45,687 bases of DNA, taken from positions 1-45,687 of the forward strand of contig CAZBBK010000044.1 of the NCBI GenBank assembly GCA_964490075.1, in the 5' to 3' direction. Position 1 is the first letter of the stretch, and each line of letters opens with the position of its first letter. This DNA comes from an uncultured Gemmatimonadota bacterium. Its GTDB lineage: Bacteria; GCA-2686955. The notes below the pieces were generated by a model. The model saw only the letters and a list, made by a program, of their open reading frames with translations, had not been told where the DNA came from and did not search any database. This document shows positions 18,494 through 25,322 of the stretch, in pieces. The position numbers and the translations under genes are program-made.

Positions 18494-20691
18494 TGAAGCG
18501 TCATCTCCATGCAGCCGCGCGGGCATTCGACGACACAGATGCCGCAGCCTTTGCAGTAGTCGCCGTCGATGGTGTAGCCGGTCTCGTTGCGCTGAATCAC
18601 GCCGTCGGGACAGAACACCAAGCAGGTGTCGCAGAGGGTGCAGCGGCCGCACGAAAGGCAACGTTGCGCCTCGTCGGGCCCCTCGAGACCGGCGTTGACC
18701 TCGTCGAGGTGGCGGATGCGGGCGCGCGGGTCGAGGTGCTGCTCGGCGGCCGGCGCCGCGGGCGGGAAGTGGTCGAAGCGCAGCGTCTCCGGGGGGACGG
18801 TCGGAGCGTCGGGGAGCGGGATCGAGAGCGCGTCGGGAACGCCGATCGCGGCCAGGGCGCGGGCCGCGGCGCGCCGGCCGTCGCCGATGGCGTGGGTGAC
18901 GGTGCCCTCGTAGGTGGCCAGGTCGCCGGCGAGGAACACGCTTCCGGGCTCGCCCTGGACGACGACTCGGCCCTCGACCGGAGTCCACCCCTCGGGCAGC
19001 AACACCAGGTCGGCCGACTGCCCCAGCGCCAGCAGCACCGTGTCGCAGGCCAGCTCTTCGCTCCGCTCGGTGACCACCGGGCGGCGCCGGCCGCTCTCGT
19101 CCGGCTCGCCCATCTCCACCTCGGCCAGCTCGATCGCCGCGACCCGCTCCCGGCCGCGGAAGGCCAGGGGCTGGCGCTGGAAGAGCAGCACCACCCCCTC
19201 TTCGACCGCCTCGTCGATCTCGGCGGCGATCGCCGGCATCTCGGCGCGGGTGCGGCGGTAGGCGATGGTGACTCGCTCGGCGCCGGCGCGCAGGGCGCTG
19301 CGGGCGCAGTCGAAGGCGGTGTTGCCGCCGCCCAGCACCACCACGTGGCCCTCGAGAGCGGCCCCGGCGCCGCGGTTCTGGCGGTGCAGAAAGCGGATGC
19401 CCTGCTCGACGCCCTCCAGGTCGGAGCCGGGGCAATCGAGGCCGCGCAGGCGCTGCAGGCCGGTCGCCAGGATCAGCGCGTCGTGCTCGCCGGCCAGCTC
19501 GGCGAGACGGACCGCGTCGACCGCTTCGCCGCAGCGGGCCTCCACCCCGAGGCCGAGCAGCGTCTCGATCTCGCGCTCCAGCACGGCACGCGGCAGGCGG
19601 TATTCCGGGATGCCGGTGCGCAGCACGCCGCCCAGGCCGGGCTCCAGCTCGAAGATAATGGCCCGGTGGCCGGCGCGGGCCAGGGCGTGGGCCGCCGCCA
19701 GACCGGCCGGTCCGCCGCCGACGATGGCGATCCGACGCGGGTCCGGGGCCGGCTCGATCGCCTCCGGAGCGGCGGGTGTATGGTCGGCGATCCAGCGCTC
19801 CAGGGCCCGGATCTGCACGGCGCCGTCGTGGTGGATGCGGTTGCAGGCGGTGGCGCAGGGGGCCGGACAGACCCGCCCGCAAACCGCGGGCAGCGCCGTG
19901 GTGCGCGCCAGGATCTCGGCGGCCGCCGCTTCGCCTTCGGTCGCCAGGGCACGCACGAAGCCGATCACGTCGTTGCCGGCCGGGCAGGCGCCGGTGCAGG
20001 GAGCCGCCGGAGACCGATAGCGGGGTGTCTGGGAGCGCCACAGGCCGGTGCGCAGCCCGGTGGGCGGGCCGACCACGTGCTCGGTGAGCGGCAGCACGGT
20101 CTTCCTCGGAGCCGGGCTCGATGCCGCATGGGACACAGCGATCCGCCGAGGTCTGTCCCCCATCCACACCGCTTCGAAAGCCTCGCGGGCTGCATCCAGG
20201 TTGCTGAGCAGCCCGAGGGCCTCGAACGCCCGCTGGAGCGCGTCGAAGGGCAGGTCGTGGACGCGAGCGAAGGCGCCGGCGAGCGTGGTGTTGACGATGA
20301 CCACCGAGCGGGTGCCGATGCGATGACGGCGGGCGATGGCGGTGGCGTCGACGGTGGCGGGGCGGAAGGCGGGGCAGCGGGCGGCGAGCTCGGCGGCGGA
20401 AGTGGGGGTGTTGACCAGCAAGCTGCCGCCGGGGGCGAGTCCCTCGAGGGCGGCGTCGCCGAGCAGCGAGGGGTCGAAGACCAGCAGATGATCGGGGGCG
20501 TAGACCTTGTTGCGGTTCTCGATCGGTGCGTCTGCGACCCGCAGGTAGGCGCGCACCGGGGCGCCGGAGCGTTCGCCGGCGTAGTCGCCGAAAGCCTGGA
20601 CGCTCTTGCCGAGGTGGGTGTAGATCGACGCCAGGACCTTGGCCCCGGTGACCGCGCCCTGTCCCCCGCGACCGTGCAAACGAACTTCCAT
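18490..20691 (-). CDS. fusion of 2-oxoacid oxidoreductase gamma subunit, GltD/DsrL-like FAD/NAD(P) oxidoreductase and delta-type 2[4Fe-4S] ferredoxin
   Basis: N-terminal PorC motif HGRGGQGAVT..Y.GERSGAPV; PCTGACP and CGRVCPAPC..ACNR clusters; GGGPAG; GGGNTA.D + YRRT; C-terminal CLSCGRC..CDTC...CP and CKGCGIC...CP. Confidence 0.9.
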   Translation of the reverse strand: MEVRLHGRGGQGAVTGAKVLASIYTHLGKSVQAFGDYAGERSGAPVRAYLRVADAPIENRNKVYAPDHLLVFDPSLLGDAALEGLAPGGSLLVNTPTSAAELAARCPAFRPATVDATAIARRHRIGTRSVVIVNTTLAGAFARVHDLPFDALQRAFEALGLLSNLDAAREAFEAVWMGDRPRRIAVSHAASSPAPRKTVLPLTEHVVGPPTGLRTGLWRSQTPRYRSPAAPCTGACPAGNDVIGFVRALATEGEAAAAEILARTTALPAVCGRVCPAPCATACNRIHHDGAVQIRALERWIADHTPAAPEAIEPAPDPRRIAIVGGGPAGLAAAHALARAGHRAIIFELEPGLGGVLRTGIPEYRLPRAVLEREIETLLGLGVEARCGEAVDAVRLAELAGEHDALILATGLQRLRGLDCPGSDLEGVEQGIRFLHRQNRGAGAALEGHVVVLGGGNTAFDCARSALRAGAERVTIAYRRTRAEMPAIAAEIDEAVEEGVVLLFQRQPLAFRGRERVAAIELAEVEMGEPDESGRRRPVVTERSEELACDTVLLALGQSADLVLLPEGWTPVEGRVVVQGEPGSVFLAGDLATYEGTVTHAIGDGRRAAARALAAIGVPDALSIPLPDAPTVPPETLRFDHFPPAAPAAEQHLDPRARIRHLDEVNAGLEGPDEAQRCLSCGRCTLCDTCLVFCPDGVIQRNETGYTIDGDYCKGCGICVVECPRGCMEMTLQ

Positions 20692-20732
20692 GAGGGGGAT
20701 CGGCTCCTGGATGGGCGGAGAACTGATGGTGA

Positions 20733-20778
20733 GGGGCGGGGGATGGGGTCTGGGGATTGGGGATTGGGGGTTTGGGAT
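20733..20778 (+). repeat. G-rich heptamer tandem repeat (GGGGATT-like), potential G-quadruplex
   Basis: GGGGC GGGGGAT GGGGTCT GGGGATT GGGGATT GGGGGTT TGGGAT upstream of the por operon. Confidence 0.7.
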
Positions 20779-20808
20779 GAGGATCGCGATCCGAAAGGGG
20801 GTGCGTCA

Positions 20809-20987
20809 ACCACAATCCGCCACCTAATCCCGTAGCGAGACGGCGTAGGTGGTTGTGATGGCTGCACTTGGACCGGGTTCTGGGGCGAGGAATGGTGGTT
20901 CTATTTCGCAGCCCCAGGTTCCGGCCCAAGTGCAGCCAGCGCAATCACATACGTCGTCGTAGTGGGGATTGGGTGGCGGATTGTGGT
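20809..20987. repeat. ~180-bp long palindromic element
   Basis: ACCACAATCCGCCACCTAATCCC pairs with GGGATTGGGTGGCGGATTGTGGT; inner arms GACGGCGTA/TACGTCGTC, GTGGTTGTG/CGCAATCAC, TGGCTGCACTTGG/CCAAGTGCAGCCA; core GAGGAATGG..CTATTTCGCAG. Within-stem mismatches are G-U on the + strand. Confidence 0.85.
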
Positions 20988-21071
20988 CAAGCGTCGCGGG
21001 GTGGGCGGTCTCGAATCCGGACCTGATGGACTCTGAAGGGAGAGATGGACCTCGCGGCGCGCCGCCACGAA

Positions 21072-21193
21072 TCGGGTGATCGACCGAATCGCGGCCAGCA
21101 TCGGCATATTTGCCGATGCGGGGATGTTGTTTCCCAGTGGGCGTGGATTCGGTAATATCGCCGAATCATGAACAACTTCGGTGATCTCCCCGA
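21072..21193. promoter_or_regulatory. array of four TCGG-N8-CCGA palindromic operators over the satD promoter and start
   Basis: Copies at 21072-21087, 21101-21116, 21149-21164 and 21178-21193; pairs 1-2 and 3-4 are each 29 bp apart; copy 3 contains a -10-like TAATAT. Confidence 0.75.
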
Positions 21194-21839
21194 TGCACCC
21201 GTCGCCGCACTGATCGGTGACCTGCTCGGGTCCCGTTCGATCGATCGGCGGACGGAGGCTCAGGACGCGCTGGAGCGGGAGCTCGAGGCCCTCGACCAGC
21301 GGCTCGGTGACGGTCTGGCGGCGCGCTTCGTGCTGACCCTGGGGGACGAGTTCCAGGGGCTCCTGCGGGCGCCGGAGCTGGTGCTGCCCTGCTTGATCCA
21401 CCTGGAGACCCATCTTCCGGCGTTGCCGATCCGCTTCGGGGTGGGCTGGGGCCGCCTGGCAACGCAGCTCAGGGCGCGCGCGATCGGCATGGACGGGCCT
21501 TGTTTCCATCACGCCCGTGCCGCCCTGGAGCGAGCCAAGCGCGAGCAGCGCTGGATCGTGGTGGCCGGTTTTGGCGCCGATCTCGACGCCACGCTGAACG
21601 CTGTGCTGCGCCTGCTGGGCGAGCTGCGGATGCGCTGGACCGATACCCAGGCCGAGACCGTGGCGTTGATGCGCCGGCTGGGGACCCAGAAAGCGGTCGC
21701 CGCGGCCCGGGGGGTGGCACCGTCGACGATCAGCGAGGCGCTGAGCGCGGCACTCTTCGATCCAACCGCGGAGGTTGAGCGGGCGTTGGCCGGCCTGTTG
21801 CGCTCGGCACCGGAAGGGCCGGGGAGCACCGCGCGGTGA
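21168..21839 (+). CDS. satD: SatD family protein (nucleotidyl-cyclase-like domain + C-terminal HTH)
   Basis: ALIGDLLGSR, LTLGDEFQG, RFGVGWG, MDGPCFHHAR.AL, WT..Q.E and HTH 'TQKAVAAARGVAPSTISEAL'. Confidence 0.88.
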   Translation: MNNFGDLPDAPVAALIGDLLGSRSIDRRTEAQDALERELEALDQRLGDGLAARFVLTLGDEFQGLLRAPELVLPCLIHLETHLPALPIRFGVGWGRLATQLRARAIGMDGPCFHHARAALERAKREQRWIVVAGFGADLDATLNAVLRLLGELRMRWTDTQAETVALMRRLGTQKAVAAARGVAPSTISEALSAALFDPTAEVERALAGLLRSAPEGPGSTAR

Positions 21840-22606
21840 CGATCGGCACGCGCGGGGGCCAGATTCTCGTGCTCTTGGTGGTTGGCCACGTGATCGCCGA
21901 CTTCCTGGTTCAGACCGACCGGGTGGCCGGTCGCAAGGGGGATTGCGGCCGGACGCTGGCGCGCCACGGCTTGCTCACGGCGACGACCCAGATCGCGGTG
22001 GCTGCACCGCTCTTGAGCACCGCTCTGGTAGTCGGGCTGGGGTTGGTGGCGTGCGTGCACATGGCGCTCGACTGGGGCAAGGCGCGGCTGGAAGCGCGAT
22101 GCTCGAAGTCCCTGACCCTTTTCTTCGCCGATCAGGCGCTGCACCTGGCGACACTATTGGTGCTTTGGTGGGTGCTGCCTGCGGTCGGTGCGGCGGCCGA
22201 GCCCTGGTGGGCGTCCTCGACCCGGGGCCTCGCACCCTACGTGGCGGCGGCGTTGGTGGTCGGGGGACTGGTGTTCAACGGCAAGGGTGGAACAGCGATC
22301 GTGCGCGCGTTGCTCGACCGATTCGCGAGCCTGGGCACGGCCGGGGAGGATGCCGATCTGGCGGACCGCCTGGCGATGGGACGGATGGTCGGGGTGCTCG
22401 AGCGCGCGTTGCTCTATGCACTGGTGCTTCTCGGGCATTGGGGGGCGTTGGGACTGGTGATGGCGGCGAAGTCGGTGGCCCGTTACCCGGAGATGAACAA
22501 GCCACACTTTGCCGACTACTACCTCGTCGGCACGCTGGCCAGCCTGGTGGTGGCGCTGGCATCGGGGGTGGTGGTGGCGGCGCTGCTCGGACGGCTTGTG
22601 ATCTGA
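21836..22606 (+). CDS. DUF3307 (SatE-like) integral membrane protein
   Basis: GHVIADFLVQ, RH, HMALD, ADQALH metal-ligand-like motifs; G.MVG.LER, AAKSVARY..DYYLVGTLAS tail; GTGA overlap with satD. Confidence 0.85.
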   Translation: MTIGTRGGQILVLLVVGHVIADFLVQTDRVAGRKGDCGRTLARHGLLTATTQIAVAAPLLSTALVVGLGLVACVHMALDWGKARLEARCSKSLTLFFADQALHLATLLVLWWVLPAVGAAAEPWWASSTRGLAPYVAAALVVGGLVFNGKGGTAIVRALLDRFASLGTAGEDADLADRLAMGRMVGVLERALLYALVLLGHWGALGLVMAAKSVARYPEMNKPHFADYYLVGTLASLVVALASGVVVAALLGRLVI

Positions 22607-23169
22607 TGGGGCGGCGAAATACAGGCTTCTACGCTCCGTACCGCCCGAGTGCGTCGCGCGATGGTGTCGCGGACCTGGTGCTGCGAGACGCCGGAATCGA
22701 TGATGCCGCGGCGATTGCTCGGATCCACGCGGAACGCCATGGCGGCTCACCCGCGGATACCGAAGGAGCAGTGGCACGCGAATTGACGCGGATCGGCGCC
22801 GGAGAGATCGAGAAGTACGTCTGCGTCGCTTTGGCTGGCGCTCGGGTGGTCGGCTTCGGGCGTTGCAGTCGACTGGGGGAGGCGCAGCTCGCCGGCTGCC
22901 GCGGGCTGTCTCCGGGTTGCTATCTGGGCGGCGTGGTCGTCGAAATCGCCGTGCGCCGCCGGGGTATCGGCCGCGCCTTGACGCTGCATCGGCTGGACTG
23001 GCTGCGCGCCCGCACGAACGAAGTGTTCTACTTCGCCGATCTGGTGAACCGGCCTTCGATCGACCTGCACGCAGCGCTGGGATTCGAGAAGATCTCGCGC
23101 GATTTCTCGGTGCCGCCGGGGCTCCTGGAGGGCGCCGATATTCTGTCTCGTATGGAGCTGTGCGGCTGA
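22606..23169 (+). CDS. GNAT family N-acetyltransferase
   Basis: VVGFG, V.V...RRRGIGRAL acetyl-CoA loop, N.PSIDLH..LGF; TGATG overlap with DUF3307. Confidence 0.85.
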   Translation: MGRRNTGFYAPYRPSASRDGVADLVLRDAGIDDAAAIARIHAERHGGSPADTEGAVARELTRIGAGEIEKYVCVALAGARVVGFGRCSRLGEAQLAGCRGLSPGCYLGGVVVEIAVRRRGIGRALTLHRLDWLRARTNEVFYFADLVNRPSIDLHAALGFEKISRDFSVPPGLLEGADILSRMELCG

Positions 23170-23171
23170 GT

Positions 23172-23357
23172 TGAGGGTCCGCGCAAGAACAAGTAGGTAT
23201 TTTGGCGCCCAGATGTGGTGCAGATCTGGTCGATCGGTGAGTTCCGAAACCGGAGGAGTAGCAGCGCTACTTCGAGGATTTCGGGGCTCAGCGATCGGCC
23301 GGAGATGTGCCGCAGATGGGATGCCAAAATGCCTACTTGTTCTTGCGCGGACCCTTA
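23172..23357. repeat. ~185-bp long palindromic element (RPE/MITE-like)
   Basis: 24-bp perfect IR AGGGTCCGCGCAAGAACAAGTAGG (23174-23197) / 23332-23355, pairing inward to a core GAGGAGTAGC-AGC-GCTACTTCGAGGA; G-U wobbles on the + strand. Fills the convergent GNAT/vapC spacer. Confidence 0.88.
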
Positions 23358-23358
23358 T

Positions 23359-23754
23359 TCAGCGATTCGCCAGCACATCCAGCTCCGGTACATTGAAGAG
23401 CCTGCGGTCGCCGGTCACCAGCGTCAAGCCGCCGACGATTGCGGTGGCGGCGATGAAGCGGTCCGCCGGATCGGGGTGATTCAGCGACACCTTGCGGCTC
23501 GCGATCGCGATCTCCGTGGTGAGTGGGGCTTCACGAAGAGGGACTCGGCGCAAGGCCGTTGCGATCCAATCCGGCGGGGAAGGACGCAGCACCACCCGCC
23601 CCTTTTCGCCCAGCAAGTGCGCCTCCCAGACACTGATCGGAGAGAGCATGAGCTCGTGGTCCGGATCGGTCAACGCGCTCGCCACCGGCGGCCGGAGTCG
23701 GTCCGCATCCAACAGGCTCCACAACCAGATATGGGTATCGAGCAGCAGCTTCAA
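23359..23754 (-). CDS. vapC: type II toxin, VapC/PIN family
   Basis: KLLLDTHIWLW, SPISVWE, H.DPADRFIAATA, LVTGD; TTG start overlaps the antitoxin stop. Confidence 0.93.
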   Translation of the reverse strand: MKLLLDTHIWLWSLLDADRLRPPVASALTDPDHELMLSPISVWEAHLLGEKGRVVLRPSPPDWIATALRRVPLREAPLTTEIAIASRKVSLNHPDPADRFIAATAIVGGLTLVTGDRRLFNVPELDVLANR

Positions 23755-23993
23755 GGCGCCATCGCCTCCCAATCCTCCGCGGCGGCGACCGGCTCCACCA
23801 GGTCGCCGATCACCTCGCCGGTCTCCGCCAGGCAACCCAGCCACGAGGGGGGCCGCTCTCCCGGGCCGGGCGGCCGAATCTCCGCGACCGGCACGCCGCG
23901 CCGGGTCACGAGCAGCGGTACACCGGTCTTGCGGACCCGCTCCAGCAATGCCAGGCAGGTGGCCTTGAATTCGGAAATCGCCACGGTCTGCAT
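23751..23993 (-). CDS. type II antitoxin, Phd/YefM family
   Basis: MQTVAISEFKATCLALLERV..LLVTRRGVPVAEI; GGAGG RBS. Confidence 0.92.
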   Translation of the reverse strand: MQTVAISEFKATCLALLERVRKTGVPLLVTRRGVPVAEIRPPGPGERPPSWLGCLAETGEVIGDLVEPVAAAEDWEAMAP

Positions 23994-24015
23994 CGAATCT
24001 CGCCTCCGTGACTTC

Positions 24016-24045
24016 AATCTAACCATGGTCACCGTCCATGGTCAA
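24016..24045 (-). promoter_or_regulatory. sigma70-like promoter of the TA operon with two CCATGG-centred operator palindromes
   Basis: Minus strand TTGACC-18 nt-TAGATT; ACCATGGT (24022-24029) and CCATGG (24036-24041) lie in or overlap the spacer. Confidence 0.7.
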
Positions 24046-24052
24046 GAGCCTG

Positions 24053-25240
24053 CTATCCGCCTGGCCGCTCGCTCCCGAGCATCTCCATCAGGCGCGCCTC
24101 CATCCCGTCCACCATCGCCTCCCAGCTTTTGCCCTCGGTGGCGGCGCGGCGCGCCCTGCGTCGCTCGACGCTGTCCCCATCGATCGCCCGCGCGCAGGCC
24201 GCCGCGAACTCGTCGGCGCCGGTCGCCAGCTCGACCGCGGGAGGCTGATACTGCTCGACCACGTCGTGGATCCGCGTCGAGATCACCGGACGGCCGGTGG
24301 CGAGATACTCGAGGGTCTTGGTGGGATTGATGCTCTCCGCGTCGCCCCCCTCTACCCAGGGCATCAGGCAGGCGTCGAAGGCGCGCGCGTAGGCCGGCAA
24401 GGCGTCGTAGGGACGCCCTCCGAGCCAGACGATGTTCGGGTGGGCCGCGAGGATCGCCTCGAGCTCGGCCTGGGGCATCTTCACCACCGGACCGAGCAGC
24501 AGCAAGGTCCAATCTGGATGCGTGGCGGCGACACCTTTCATCAGCTCCCAGTCGATCCGGTAGTCGACTGCCCCCCAGTAGCCGAGAATCGGCCGCGGCA
24601 GATCGCGCACGTCCTCCGGGACGCCTTCCAGCGACACTGTTTTCGGATCGTCGTGGTAGGCGGAAACAAAATGCTCGGTCTCGACGCCGCAGGGGAAGAA
24701 ATGGATGGTCGGCGCGAACTGGAGTCGGTCTTTGCGCATCTTCAATCCGCCCGCGAACACCAGGGGAGAGCCGTGCAGCAGGACCAGCTCTTTTTCGACG
24801 ACCTGGTTGCGGCCGTCCATGAACACCTTGTGATCGTCCATGCAGTCGTAGACGGCCAGCCGCTCGCCCATGCGCCCCACGGTGTGGGCGTAGTCCGGAT
24901 GGTAGTTCCAGAGCACCGGCGCCCGCATGCCGATGCGGCGCGCCCTGCCGCCGATGCGGCGCCGGAGATCCCATTCGACCAGTCGGCGGCCGGCGGGCGA
25001 TTCTTCGATCGCCGAGGGCGGCATCACCGGATCGTAGAGCATGACACCCGACCGGTCGCGGCGCAGGGCGGGCGGCCGATCGGTCGCGCGCAGGGTCTTG
25101 AAGGCGACCTTCTTGACGTAGAGCACGCGGTGGCCGCGCTCGGCGAGGCGCGACATGACCTGCTGCGGGCGCTGAAAGAGCTTGCGATCCCAGGCCAGGT
25201 GGGAGCAGGCGATGATGTCGAGCTGGGAAGGGGAGTTCAT
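24053..25240 (-). CDS. glycosyltransferase, GT-B fold (GT4-like)
   Basis: SHL.W...FQRPQQ.MSRLA, YDCMDD, GYWGAVD.RID, NPTKTLEYLATGRPVIST. Confidence 0.9.
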   Translation of the reverse strand: MNSPSQLDIIACSHLAWDRKLFQRPQQVMSRLAERGHRVLYVKKVAFKTLRATDRPPALRRDRSGVMLYDPVMPPSAIEESPAGRRLVEWDLRRRIGGRARRIGMRAPVLWNYHPDYAHTVGRMGERLAVYDCMDDHKVFMDGRNQVVEKELVLLHGSPLVFAGGLKMRKDRLQFAPTIHFFPCGVETEHFVSAYHDDPKTVSLEGVPEDVRDLPRPILGYWGAVDYRIDWELMKGVAATHPDWTLLLLGPVVKMPQAELEAILAAHPNIVWLGGRPYDALPAYARAFDACLMPWVEGGDAESINPTKTLEYLATGRPVISTRIHDVVEQYQPPAVELATGADEFAAACARAIDGDSVERRRARRAATEGKSWEAMVDGMEARLMEMLGSERPGG

Positions 25241-25322
25241 CACTTGGGTTGATCCGAAACGATGGAAACTAGCAGAATCGGCTCTCTCGCTGCCGCACGA
25301 CCCCACAAACCAGGATCCGCCC

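Noticed and set aside
20809-20987. 6S RNA (similar length, rod-like fold)
   Set aside because: Only a small internal loop rather than a large central bubble, and it shares a core with another palindrome in the window, which fits a repeat family better. An Rfam search would settle it.
20809-23357. Integron attC sites / cassette array (GNAT and TA are typical cargo)
   Set aside because: The hairpins are longer than typical attC sites, lack clear RYYYAAC...GTTRRRY ends, do not separate individual genes, and no integrase is present.
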